Part shown: piece after piece, positions 26,510 to 39,157 of the stretch
How positions within the stretch are numbered: the first letter of the stretch is position 1
Layout of the letters: each line of letters opens with the position of its first letter
Source of the DNA: the human T2T-CHM13v2.0 reference genome, Homo sapiens
DNA length: 64,000 bases
Direction: 5' to 3' (one strand)
Assembly (NCBI RefSeq): GCF_009914755.1
Contig: NC_060935.1
Program-made: the position numbers and the translations under genes
Notes under the pieces: model-generated
The model's input: the letters and a program-made list of their open reading frames with translations, nothing else
Told to the model about the DNA's origin: nothing
Database searches by the model: none

Positions 26510-27000
26510 TGAGATAATAAAAATGAACATTCATGGAGCACTGACAATGTACCCAGGTCTAGGCTAAGTATTTTACACATATTATACAATTTATTTATTA
26601 CAACAACATTAGGTAGGCATGCTCACTTTACAGATGAGAAAATGAAGCTCTGAGAAATGACCACTTGCCCAAAATTATACAACTAGTAAGTTGCTCAGCC
26701 AGAATTTGAACCAAGGTTTTCACTTTTAAACTTATATCCTCTAAACTCTATCAATTACCATCTGAAATTTCAGACATTCTTAGAAACCATATCTTTCCGT
26801 AGGCATTATGGATGAGTTTTGGTGATTTGAGTGGCAGTGTGATCTGATGGCAAGATCATTGAACTGAGGGTTGAGAGTCTAAATTCCTAGTTTGAGCCAG
26901 ACAACACATTTTTTTATGTGTGTGACCTTGACTAAGTTACTTAACAGCTCTGGGTTTCATTTCCTTCATTTTAAAAATAAGCAGATTGAATTAGGAGTCA
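26510..27000. mobile_element. Two MIR relics in opposite orientation (26510-26760 on -, 26830-27000 on +)
   Basis: TTTACAGATGAGAAAATGAAGCTCTGAG...CTTGCCCAA; GTGACCTTGACTAAGTTACTTAAC...TTTCCTTCAT. Confidence 0.75.
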
Positions 27001-27297
27001 CTTCCAAGCTGTTATTGTATTTGTAACTTGAGAAATTTGAAATTTCTCTTTTCGCCCACATAGGACAGGGTTTCAAAGCCAAATATAGTTCTATATACTA
27101 ATGGAATTTGCTTATTTCAAATGCAGAAAAGCTACATTCTGATCAGTTTTGAGTATCAGTTTTCTCATCTGTAAAATGGAATAATATTAATACATAGCAG
27201 TGTTACTGTGAAGATTGAATACAAAATTATAATCCTAAGTGGTTTTCACTAGTTCAGTCATCAGAAAACTAAAACAACAAATAAAAATGTCTGTGTT

Positions 27298-27598
<301 letters not shown>

Positions 27599-28319
27599 GT
27601 CTGTGTATATTTATCTGTATCTGGTCTACATAAATATTATTAGATTAAAAAATGAAGTAAGAAGTAATTTGATAAAATTCATTATTCCCCTAGGCCTCTA
27701 AGACTTCAAATAATAAGGGGAAATAAGCAAAGTTAGAATTTTTCTATTGTTCTGATTTACATCAGGATTCAGGAATTATTTACAATTAACTTTCTATACT
27801 TGTCCCTTATTGATCACTTGATGCATATGCTTTTCTGGAATTGGATTGTTATCCAAGCATGGCAAATTAAACTTCCGATTTAACAATTAAAACCATCAGG
27901 CTGACGAATGAGACAGTGAGGCTGATTTATTCTGGGTTAGATTCTGGCTCCCAGGCATAAATGAGACTTTCTTTGTTTTCAAGAGAAGCCTAGCAGGCTG
28001 GCTCAGGTGGCACAAGCCTGTTACTGATCTCGACCTATCACAGTCTGCAGGCATCTCCAATGAACGAATGATGATCCTAACGGTATTCAGAAACAAGTCA
28101 CTTATGATGATGCCAAAGTCATTCTCCCTTCATGGCCATTAAAGACTGGTTTATTACTCAGAAAAATTAACTATCTGGAATAAGCTTTTAATTGGCCTCT
28201 CAATAGATATATAGAGAGATTAGATGGATTTTATAAATTAGTCTTTAGGTTTCTCTTTGGACTACTCATACTAAGTGAAACCTTCTATTAAAATACACAT
28301 ACAGTCCTTTAATTACATG

Positions 28320-28990
28320 AGAGGATTATGTTACAAAACACATACCTTTGGAATCAGACAGATGTGGGATCAAATTTTCGATTCAAGATTTACTAGTAGT
28401 TATATGCCTTGTGTATTAGTCCCTGCTTACACTGCTGTAAAGACATATCTGAGACTGGGTAATTTAAAATAAAGAGGCTTAATTGGCTCATGGTTTGGTG
28501 GGCTGTATGAGCTTCTGCTTTTGGAAGACCTCAGGAAATTTACAATCACAGCAGAAGGCAAAGGGGAAGCAAGCATGTCTTCATATTGCTGGCAGGAGAG
28601 AGAGAGAAAGAAAGGGAGACAGAGAGGTGCTACACACTTTTAAACAACCAGATCTCATGAGAACTCTATCACGAGAACAGCAAGGAGGAAGTCCACCTCC
28701 ATGATTCAATCACCTCTCACCAGGCCCCTCCTTCAACACTAGGGTCTACAATTTGACATGAGATTTGGGTGGGGACACAAAGCCAAACCATATCACCTTG
28801 GTTATATAATTTCTACCTTACTTACATAACCTAACCTCTCTGAGCATCAGTTTATCATCCTGGAAGTAGAAAAATATAACAAATATTAACACCTACCTTA
28901 CGGGATTATTTTAAAGATTAAGAGTAATGAATAAAGTGCCAAGCAGGCCCCCTGGCACATAGTAGACACACAGTAAATGGTAGTTTCCAT
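28320..28990 (+). mobile_element. MIR SINE interrupted by the MSTA LTR
   Basis: TTTGGAATCAGACAGATGTGGG...TGCCTTG | ...AACCTCTCTGAGCATCAGTTT...CCTGGCACATAGTAG. Confidence 0.75.
28412..28795 (-). mobile_element. MSTA-type MaLR solo LTR
   Basis: TGTATTAGTCC...GAGACTGGGTAATTT...TTTAAACAACCAGATCTCATGAGAACTC...CCAAACCATATCA. Perfect 5-bp TSD CCTTG (28407-28411 / 28796-28800). Confidence 0.93.
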
Positions 28991-29001
28991 AAAAACTGGA
29001 G

Positions 29002-29354
29002 TGCTGTGGTTTGAATGCTTTTGTCCCCTTCAAAATTTATGTTTTGGAAACTTAATCCCTAATGCAACAGTGTTGAGAGTAGTCACATTTTAGGAGGCGA
29101 TTAGGTCATGAGAGTTCTGCCCTCATGAATGTATCAGTGACACTATAAAAAGGGCTTATGGGCTTCCTCTCTTTCTCTCTTCTGTCAGGGGAGGACACAG
29201 TGTTCCTTCTGTCTAAAGGATACAGCAACAAGGAGCCATCTTGGAACCAGAGAGTTATTGGTTTTCAGTCTCCAGAACTGTGAAAAAAAAACTTCTATTC
29301 TTTAGAGTTTACCTAATCTGTGGTATTCTGATAGAGTAGCACAAAACAAAGACA
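29002..29354 (+). mobile_element. MSTC/MSTD-type MaLR solo LTR
   Basis: TGCTGTGGTTTGAATGCTTTTGTCCCCTTCAAAATTTATGTT...CTGCCCTCATGAATG...TCCAGAACTGTGA...AAGACA. Confidence 0.85.
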
Positions 29355-31497
29355 CAGAATAATCTCTGTTACAGTCCAGGCCTCTTCCTTTAGCAGTCAT
29401 TGCATGTAAGAGTATCTAGAAAATACAAACATAGTTCATAGTCATTTGGGACATTTTATTAATGTTGTGAAGTAAGACCTCTATATGGAATAGAGAAATG
29501 TGACACCTCAAGCATCTTCTAGAAGTTCAATATTTATCACCCCAAAACCTTCTTTCCTCACTAAATAGTTACAGAGGTCATTCTTAAATCTAACTTTTCT
29601 GAAATCATGCCTTCTTTCTAATGTCCGTGGAAAACAGAAACAGCATCTGTGGATAATTCCCAGCCATCTTGGATTTCTGAAACAAGATTGACATCTTATC
29701 TACATTTAACTAATTAAAAAGAAAACAGAGAATAAAAAAGATACTCCAAAAAAATTAAACCAGCTTAATAGAAGGACCTTATTAAAAGACAGTATATATG
29801 CCAATATCAGGACATTCAATCTATTCTACTTTTAGCTAAGTGTTGAATTCCCAGTCAGGAGGTAGATGAATTGCTAAACATTCTTGTTTGTCTGCATGAT
29901 TTGCTTCATTGTTTTAATAATAAGCCTCATGACCTTAAAGTATGTTACAAAAATCTCCCTCCCATTCCTCACTGTATCATCAGTAGTCACCAGATAACAA
30001 GTTTCAATCATTAATATGCAACAGTATACTGAGAGTACAGCAGAATTATAAATAAACATACATACAAAAATATTTCATAATTCATTTCCAATAACTGAGT
30101 GCCTTCCATCACCAGGATTCCTGTTCCTTTGCTTCAGAATAATATTCCTCTATATATCAGATAGTCCTAAGTACCTACCACAAACACAGGCACTGTTTTG
30201 ATGACAGAGACACTGCTGTTAAGGGAAGAGGGTCCGGGGGAGAGTGAGAAAAGAAAATATTCTCAGATCATTAATCCTTTTTACTTTTTCTTTTTTAAAT
30301 TGCAAATGTTTTCACTTCCACAAAAATACTGAATGTGTATTTCCCACTAATGTACAAAAGGGAATTTTCTGAGACCTATCCTGGAGGAAAAATAAAACTG
30401 TCAAAGAGACTTCTATTGCTAAAAGATTAATATTATGATAATTACTTTCTAAGATGTAAATTAAGAAAGCGCCAAAATAGTCTCTTGCTGACTTTACATC
30501 TCTATAAAATGCAGCCAAGCTGACATCTATGTTGTATCTGTGGTAATCTGACTTACTTGGCTCCCAGGGCTGCTGGAGGTGTGTGTCAGCAATTTCTTTA
30601 TCAGTTCTTACCTTCCAGAGATTTCTAACTCTTCACAATGCAATCATGAATATTCACTAGAAGCCAAAATTGCACAAATTGAGTCCCAGCAGAGTACTGT
30701 ACTAGTGTGTATGGCTAATAACTCGAAATCAAGATTCCCTAAAATGTTTCAGCAGAGTTTTGTAAAAGAAACTAAGCGATTTAGCAAAAGTTAAACAACA
30801 AAACCCTAATCAATATTCATCACTCTTGAATAACAGAAAAAGGAGCACTGGTCAGCATGTTGAAGGATATGAATTAAAGCACTCCTTCCTCTATTTAGTA
30901 GGTTTAATACTAACCTTTAGGCAAGTCATTTCACCTTTCTAAGATCTGTTTGCTCCTAAGATGGGAATAAGCCTTCTTAGATTTTAAACATTGGACTAGT
31001 GTCTTAACCACTCAAGAATTTGATTTCTTAATCTGTAAAGTAGGATAACGATTCTTACCTTATTTAACACCTTACACAATGTCAAGAAGAGTAGTGTATC
31101 TGGTCTACCCAGTTTGGTCATGGTTTCTAACCAAAAAGACATATTGGTTACACCTGGACTCGGGTAGATTGCCTTAACAACACCTGAGTGCTTTCTTCAC
31201 TTGGTCTTCTGCTGGAAACAAAGAAGGACTAACTCCACATCAGGAAGTAAACTCAAGCCATTACTAATCCTTAACGTAAATACAAAGATACCTCGTAGAG
31301 CACAGCTGTAGCCATGGCGTGTTAATTATCCGGGGTATTAGATCTGAAGATATTCCTGCCTTATTCACAAAGTGCGTATTTATACACACAAGAACTCTTC
31401 AACAAAAGATTATCTTTTATGGAAATAATGTGGTCTTTTTTATTAAAATTATTCTAGAGTGATGTGGTTTTAACTATCAATCTCTCTGTTGTTGCAG

Positions 31498-31610
31498 GGT
31501 ATAACCAGGAGTTGCGAAGTGGTCGTAGTTGTTCATGTCTCAATCTGGATCATCTTTGCTTTTTGCTTCTGCTTTGTGCTATCCCTCTTCCCGTACCTCA
31601 GTTCTATCTG
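31498..31610 (+). other. Candidate 113-nt internal exon (unassigned transcript)
   Basis: Branch-like TTTAAC, pyrimidine tract TCTCTCTGTTGTTGCAG|G, donor CTG|GTGAGT; non-repetitive, CpG-retaining context. Confidence 0.4.
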
Positions 31611-32159
31611 GTGAGTTTGAATATCAGGTCTGATTTACCTCTATAGCATTCTTAGTCTCTTAAACTGCAATTGTACAAAGTTCAGCCATCTAGACTGTGG
31701 GTTTTTCCTTGACTACAGCAGAACCTATAAACAAAGTTCCTATTTGCTATTGTAGAAAATCATAAACTTAAGAACGGAAAAAAGGGTTATTGCCCTTTGA
31801 GATATTTATGGGGACTCACTTTGCCTGCTATAGTGAGATTCCTTTTATAAGCACCTCTGGTTTTTAAATGGGAAAGAACTATATTTCAAGTAAATACTCC
31901 CTGGAAGCATCTTCCCCATTGCTCAAATATCTTGTGCCCAAGGCTACACAGGCTAAGATAAAAGCTCTCCATTTGGGACAAAAGATTTTCCCTGACCTGG
32001 GGTTACAAATGGGTTTTTTAGACAACTAAACAGTGCACAAAACTGTTAGAAAAAAATCCCCAAATGTAGGAGCTGTGTTTCTTTCTTAAGAGAGACAACG
32101 CTCTTACAGAAGCCAAGAGTTTATCTCTCCCCTTCTTGGCTCCCATCAGCACTCAGATG

Positions 32160-32290
32160 GTTTGCTGGTTGTTTCTCCTACCCCAAACTGCTTGAGGAAG
32201 CAACAGTGTTTTATTCATACAATATGTTTGGTGCTTAGCATAGTGAGTAGCACACAATGGGCACTTACTAAATGTGTGTTGATTGATTAC
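32160..32290 (+). mobile_element. LINE-2 3' end
   Basis: GTGCTTAGCATAGTGAGTAGCACACAATGGGCACTTACTAAATGTGTGTTGATTGATT, an L2 terminus. Confidence 0.65.
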
Positions 32291-32805
32291 AGGCATGGAT
32301 TCTAATACATGCAGAAGATATGAATGAGCACCAACCATGTCCACGGTTTTTCAAAATGCAATTCTTGATAGATAGTTGTATCTTATGATATGATTCTGAC
32401 TTCGCCTCTCTAAAATGCAGTGTAGAGTTAAATATTCTGCTTGAGATTTTACTGTATATAATTTTCCAGCATACCACAATAGTAAATGTACTCTGGAATG
32501 CAAATCCAGTAATTAAGCTGGGTATGCTGCAAAGCTGGCAATGTCTTTGAAAACATATTTTCTAGAGAGTAGGCCTAGCTTAGATTTTTCCGCCTAATTT
32601 CCATTCTGTTCAGACAGGCTTCATGAGCAGTAACTTTTTCTTCATTATGGGTGCTTTGTTTATTATTTTTTAAATTCTTCCCACAGACAGGTCATTACTA
32701 ACCAGCTAATGAGCTATTCTTTACGTATGATTTATATGAAAGCAGCAGAAAATATGCCCTATTAAGATTCGCTGCAGAATATATCCCCTTAAAAAGAGGT
32801 GGCCT

Positions 32806-32916
32806 GGAGAATAGCGTGAACCCAGGAGGCGGAGCTTGCACTGAGCAGAGATCGCGCCACTGCACTCCAGCCTGGGCGAAAGAGCAAGACTCCGTCTCAA
32901 AAAAAAGAAAAAAAAA
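32806..32916 (+). mobile_element. 5'-truncated AluY (right-arm fragment)
   Basis: GCGTGAACCC...GGCGGAGCTTGCA...GATCGCGCCACTGC (Y diagnostics). 15-bp TSD AAAAAGAGGTGGCCT (32791) / AAAAAGAGTTGGCCT (32917) at a TT|AAAA site. Confidence 0.93.
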
Positions 32917-34459
32917 AAAAAGAGTTGGCCTAATATAATAAATGTGGAAACAGTCTTGGTAAGGAATATTACCTGATATAGAAGTTTTCATAAAGAAGCC
33001 CTAGTTTGTGATGTTGAGAACTGATCTTTTCCTTGGACCTGTGCCATTGAGCCCAGTTCTGGCTCCCACAGTGCAGGTCTTCTGTGTGTGCAGAACAAGT
33101 GCATGTGGCTTTGAAGTTGCCATACACCATATGAATGAAAAGACAGAAAGAGTCCTTAAATAATTAACTGCTATATTAGATCTGCAGATGTTACAGTCAA
33201 ACACATGCAGTGCACGCTTGCATGACACACAGCAGTGGTGTCTGGAGGTAACTGTTCATCTACTAGGAAAGTATTACATAATTGATTAAAATAATCTTAG
33301 GGAGTTGGCACAGCATACCCCTCTGCTTTTGCCAATGGCTGAGCCAGAGATTGAGATGCATTTTGGAAACACAGAAATCCAGTTTTGTTGGAATTAGTTA
33401 TCAAATTAATTCAAGAGCTTAAGAAACTTGACAACTATCATGCAGAGTAAGTAACAAAACCCAAGACAGGCTGATTATCAATCTATGGTCTTAAGCACAA
33501 TTTGCTATTAGACACTAGCTTCCCAGCCTGACTCCGAGTCTAGCTTTCATTCTCTCTGCAGTCCCTTCCAGGGAATTCCCTGTAGGATTTCCCCACAGAG
33601 CCCCTCCAGATAAATAGAGCTTCCCCAGCTAATCAGGCTGCTAAGATAGTCAGGCTTGGACCAGGACTCCTGCTTACTGGAGAATACAATAGACGTATAC
33701 AACGTGGCCCTGCTGGGAAGAAACTTATAGTCTGCTGAAGAAGATCAGCCTATGGGTTAAACAGTAAGACATATGAAATGGTAGATTATTAAAATGAAAG
33801 TATGAGCCTGGGGTTTCAGAAGTTTAAGATAGAGATTCCATGATGACTAAAGTGATTTTTAAAGACTCTATGGAAGAGTTCAAATTTAGATTGAGACTTC
33901 AAAGATAAGTGGAGTAAACAAGAAAGGCTATGGGATAAGAGATGAGAGGAAAAGTAGACTTACTGAGTCTCTGAGTTGCCATACGTCTTCTTGGTCACAG
34001 TCTGTATCCTCTCTGAAGCAATGATTTTCCCCATGCTACTGTTACACAGATAACCATAAAACCTCTTGCTTGTACATGTTCAACAATTAAAAAAAAAAAC
34101 CAAAAAACTCCCTTCTGTAGCTTTTAGCTTTACTGTTGGACACTGTTCATGACTATCATTGTGAGAAAATGCTTCTGATTTCCCTATAACTTGCCCTCAT
34201 TGTCCCTAGTTTTGCCATCTGGAGTAGCATAGAACCAGTCTGTTGCATGAGGAAAGGCACAGAGCCAGGAATGAGCACTATGCCTTCCTGAGACATTAAG
34301 GGGTAATGTTCTGATTATAGTGGAAGATTTACTTGGAAGACTTAATTAGATAAGTCCACAGAAGCTAGGAAAGTAGCTTGGGGGAGGAGTTTGAAGGAGG
34401 AGAAGGTAAAAGAGGAAGAGATGAAGTCAGCAGCTATTATGTATCAAATGCTATTCCTT

Positions 34460-35410
34460 TTGCAGTAAATACTTATTGAATGCCTACTATTATTTCAGAC
34501 AGTCTACTAGGACTTGGGAATGTGACAATGAAGAAGGTAAATATTGTGTCTGTTGTAGTAACCAAGATAGACTACATTATGCAACCCCAAATCTCTGTAG
34601 CTTAACACACAGAAAACTTACTTCTAACACATACCACAGGTCCAGTGCAGGACATCAGGGAATTCTATTTCATGTAGTCACTCAGGGGCCTAAACTGATG
34701 GAGGCTCCATGTCAAGCTACATTGCCATGATCATTAGAACAAGACAAAGAGAACTGGATAAGGGAATCAGCTACTGAAGCTTCTACCCAGAATGACCGTA
34801 TCACATCTGTTCACAGATGATGGCCCAAAGCAAGAAATATAACCACAACTATCTTCCAAGTTGAAAGGAAGTTCAATCTTCTGGCACACTTGGCAGGTCA
34901 ATTGGAATATTTAATAGAGAATACTGATTACTACCATATCTGACATTATGGAACTTGGAACATAGGTAATTAGGTGAAAACAGGCAAGTTTACAGGCAGT
35001 TATGATCAGTACAGTCAGTGCTATGATACGGGAAGATCTGTGGGAGGAGCACCTAACTCAGATTTTTGGAATAGTCAAAAAAGAATTACAAGAAAAACTG
35101 GTAAAGCCAGAAAGATGAGTACAAATGTAATTTAATAAAGAAGTAATTGAGACAGGGACTGGCAGGAATTTAGACCTGTAAACACCTAAAGACAAAGTAT
35201 GTTAGAGGATCCAATTAAAAATAGCTGGATAACGGTGTTGGGGAGAGGTGTGCTTGGTAAAATTGGAGAAGCAAGCATTGCTCAAACCATGCAGAGGCGT
35301 TGTCAGCCTCACTGATGAGTTAGTGTTTAATCCTGAGAACAGTGAGGGACCATTTGCTAGACTTGAAAAAGATCTCTTGTTGAAGTGTGAAAGATGGATT
35401 TTGGTAGGGG
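34460..35410 (-). mobile_element. LINE-2 fragment interrupted by an MLT1 LTR
   Basis: AAATACTTATTGAATGCCTACTAT L2 3' end, with purine-rich antisense body resuming after ~34940. Confidence 0.65.
34553..34938 (-). mobile_element. MaLR solo LTR, MLT1J/K/L-like
   Basis: CAACCCCAAATCTCTGTAGCTTAACAC...GTCACTCAGGGGCCTAAACTGATGGAGGCTCCA...TGATTACTACCATA. Confidence 0.75.
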
Positions 35411-35419
35411 GTGACAGTA

Positions 35420-35650
35420 TTCTATTTGCAAGATACTTCCAGTACTTAACATATCCACAGGGTAGTTGTTATTATTTCCACTTCACAGATAAAAAAAAAA
35501 TCAAAGTTTTAGAAAGGGTAAGTATATTCACAAAGATCATAAGGTTGTTAAGCAGATGCATTCAGAAGGGAGAGTAGAAGAGACTCAAAACCTGAAATGC
35601 ATATGGTATCGAAGTCCATGCTTTATGGACTTCGTTATGATGTTGCCTCC
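35420..35650 (-). mobile_element. MIR SINE relic
   Basis: GGTAGTTGTTATTATTTCCACTTCACAGATAA...ATTCACAAAGATCATA. Confidence 0.6.
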
Positions 35651-37461
35651 TGATCATTCTAGAATATAATAACAGCACAAGAAGTGCTTCCATCATGATG
35701 AACTTATAACCTAACCTCTTGACCAAAGAGTGGCTTTAATTCACAGGGGAAGTTGGCATAGAAGTGTTTATACTTTACATTTTACCTCATTGACCTGGGT
35801 GACTGGGTCAGCATTTGGAAAGGGATGAGGGGACTGCCCCATCACCTCCTCAGTTTCTGTAGGTCATAGGATAAGAGTAGCAATGCTCTTAGTGAGAGAA
35901 ACTCTCAGGGAAAAAAAATGAGGCTATAATAGGCACTGCTTCAAGTGAACAGTGAGATTTTTCTCCTTGTCAGAAGTGTCTGCTCAATCTAGGAACTAAA
36001 GACCAGCCTGGGTGGCTCTTGCCTTTCACAGCTCAAAATAGCAAAAGGCCTGGATGCATAAATACAGTGAGATCTGACAAGCCGGTAAAGAGGACAGCTT
36101 ACTTTCTGTACCTCCCTTGGTACCACAATCCAAGGATGAGATACAACTAAAGTTGATTTCCATATATCACACTGCAATCTTTTCTAAGATTGATTTTCAA
36201 AATTGTTGCTCATGGGGGTGTCATTTGTTCAAATACATAGTCCAAGTTGTCCTTCACTTGAGATTCCAGTTGTTCTCAGAAGCTGCCTTTGAATCAAAGT
36301 TCTAGTTTTCAATTTTTGCAATTGCCTTTGCACTTTCCCTCATGCTTCCAGGGGTCCAGGTTAATAATGTTGGCAGCTTCCAGTGTTTGATCAGTTATTT
36401 ATGATATCTTAAAATAAGTACTAACTGTGCATTTCTCTGGTATAATTTTGATAAGATTTGTTTTAGCTAAAACAAAAATTAAAATGTACAACACAATTCA
36501 TTAATGGTTACTGAAAGTCTTCAATGCATTAAAACATTTGAATTTAAAATAGGTTATTATGATAGAGATTTGTATGTGTGTAGATGAGAAAAATTTGGAA
36601 GATGTTTACATATAGTGATCATCATATAATTAGCTTCTTTGGGAAAAGAATTATCTTATTCACTGTTCACACATGGAGATACTCGGAGGGTATGAATTGA
36701 ACAAATGAACAATTTGAGTTGCTATAGAAGTGATAATAATCCCTTTATATTTCTCTACCACTTGAACTATTTGCTGAATTGAATAATCTCATCTTCAATC
36801 TCATTTGAATATTTTGAATATCCTACGAAGTATATGGGCTTGATGTTGTTATCCCTATCAGGGAAGATCCTGCATCTATCTGATCATGGATACAAGGAAT
36901 TTAAATACAGATCTTTTCATAACCACTCCACTGCACCAGGCATAATCTGCAGCATTGCTTTAAAAACAATTACTTGATTTAAGAAAAATTGTGAATAGAT
37001 ACAGGTTTTCTTTGCCTTCTGAACCCTATCATTCAAATACCCTTTTTTACCTTGGGAATTTCTAGTGAAGCCTGTGTGAAGCCCTCTGAATGCTTTTTCC
37101 TCTTAGGTATTCTCTCCTCAAAGCTTCTTCTCAGAAAGGAACTGAGAAATGCTGTCATACCAAATCATAGCTTAATAGTGACCTCTTTTGGAAGGTTTTG
37201 TTTTTAGCAGAGTATATTACACAATCTGGTACTGTTCATTGTCTTCCCTGGTCTTAAAGTGCAGCTGGTGTGTCATATCACTATACAAGAAGCTCGTAAG
37301 AGCCAGCTCACTATGGTCAAGATCCTTGGACCAGGGGCTGGCCCAGATTGCCCTCCTGCTTGTCACCTTGACCTGCTCTTATAGTGCATGCCTTCCATGG
37401 CATCATAATGTGGACCCTCCTATGTGACTCAAAACCTTCCTATTTTTGTCGACTATTTGGA

Positions 37462-37576
37462 CATTTTTCTGCAGCTTCCCTACATCACTTAGTCAGGATA
37501 GATAACCTGCAGCTTCCCTACATCACTTCCCATTTTTCTGCAGCTTCCCTACATCACTTAGTCAGGATAGATAACC
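37462..37576. repeat. Perfect 46-bp direct repeat with an intervening 22-bp partial third copy
   Basis: CATTTTTCTGCAGCTTCCCTACATCACTTAGTCAGGATAGATAACC at 37462-37507 and 37531-37576; CTGCAGCTTCCCTACATCACTT at 37507-37528. Confidence 0.97.
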
Positions 37577-38740
37577 CACTGTTAGCAGATATATATCAAA
37601 TAGGTATCATTTCTGCCCACCATCAACAGCAGGATTTCTGGCATCAACCACCAATAGGAGGAGTTGGGGAAAATAAAAGAACATTCTAGAGCTTCTGATA
37701 TCACATTTGTTCTGCATCTGCTTAAGACTTATGGCTATAACCTGTTTATCATAGCTGATTTCTTCAGTGAATGGAAGGATGTAAAAACTGCTTAAAATAT
37801 TGATAGCATCCTTTCCACAAGCTCTTGTTTATCTGCCTTTTGTCCTCCCTACTCACTGCCCCTGTATCTTCATTGTTCTAATACTCACTGCTTCCAATTC
37901 CAGCTCGCCAACTCCAAACACCACATTGTTTGCACAGCGTGCAAATGGCAACCTTACCTGATATCTGACCTAAACTCAGGGTTTGGCACCCCAGTCTAAG
38001 CCTATCAGCCTAGTCCCAAATTTATCCAGGAAAGGAAGATCAGAAAACCCTTATCATGTTCTTCTGGTATTTTCTAACCTTAGAATTCCTGACTCTAAAA
38101 AATTAGACATCTAACCCTTTTCCCTGCCAAAATTTCTGAGTCCAAGTAGTGCCTTGATTATTTTCTCTCCTCTCTCATATAGGCCCTGGTATAACAATGC
38201 TGATTCATACATTATGATGACAATAACAGGCAATTAAATCGAGTATTGAGATGATAATTTATGGAGTATATGAAACTTAAAATCAAAACTTAAATATACC
38301 ATTATCTCCATCATAAGGAACAATTAAGATATAAAAGCAGTTTACAAAAATGAAATGTTTAGGGAAAAGTGATTGAATAATGAGTGATGATAATAAAGAA
38401 TTTACAAAATATGTATACAATCACACTTAAAACTAGGGGAAAATTACTGTTGGTATTGGAACCGAGAGATATGACCTAAAGACATATGAGATTAGGACAG
38501 AATGACAGTCGCTCCAATAGAACTGTCTATTCATGTTCAGAATGAAATTTTAGAATATAAGCTGTATTTTCCCCTTCAGTCTATGTAGATTTGTTTTTCC
38601 TCCTGTGGGTTCTCTGCAAGTCAATGTAACAGTCCCAACCACTTGCCAATTAAGCAAGAGGAGAATATTATTGTAAACAAGAACAAAAAGATACTAGTAC
38701 ACTCAGAATACCATACCATGTATAAAGACAAAAACGGGAC

Positions 38741-39157
38741 TCTCTTAGTCTGTTTTGCTATGACAAAATACCTGAGGCTGGGTAATTTATTTTAAAAAGA
38801 GACTTATTTGGCTCATGATTCTGGTGGCCAGAAGTTCAGAATTGAACAGCTATTTGGTGCATACCTCGTGATGCTTCCACTCATGGTGGAAAGCCCAAAC
38901 TGGGGAGTGTATGAAGAGATTACATTATGGGAGAGGCTAAGAATTCCTTTTGTAGAACCATAACTATTCCATTCCCATAAGAGAGAGAGCTCACTCCGCC
39001 TGGTGGGAGGGCATTCATCTACTCATGAAGGTCCTGCTCTTATGACCCAACTACCTCCCACTATTTCCCATCTCCTAATGCTGCCTCACTAGCATGACAC
39101 ATTAACATGACAGTAACATGAGTTTTGGCAGAGACAAACCACATCCAAACCACATCA
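38741..39157 (-). mobile_element. MSTB-type MaLR solo LTR
   Basis: TCTCTTAGTCTGTTTTGCTATGACAAAATACCTGAGGCTGGGTAATTT...CATCCAAACCACATCA. TSD GGGAC/GGGTC. Confidence 0.87.

Noticed and set aside
28702-28712. DUX4-like motif TGATTCAATCA in MSTA
   Set aside because: Generic to this LTR family; nothing specific to this locus.
35248-35577. 109-aa ORF on +
   Set aside because: Runs across L2 and MIR relics and has a non-ATG start.
37462-37576. CRISPR-like repeat-spacer-repeat
   Set aside because: The spacer is itself a sub-copy of the repeat, there are only two units, no cas genes, and the DNA is primate.
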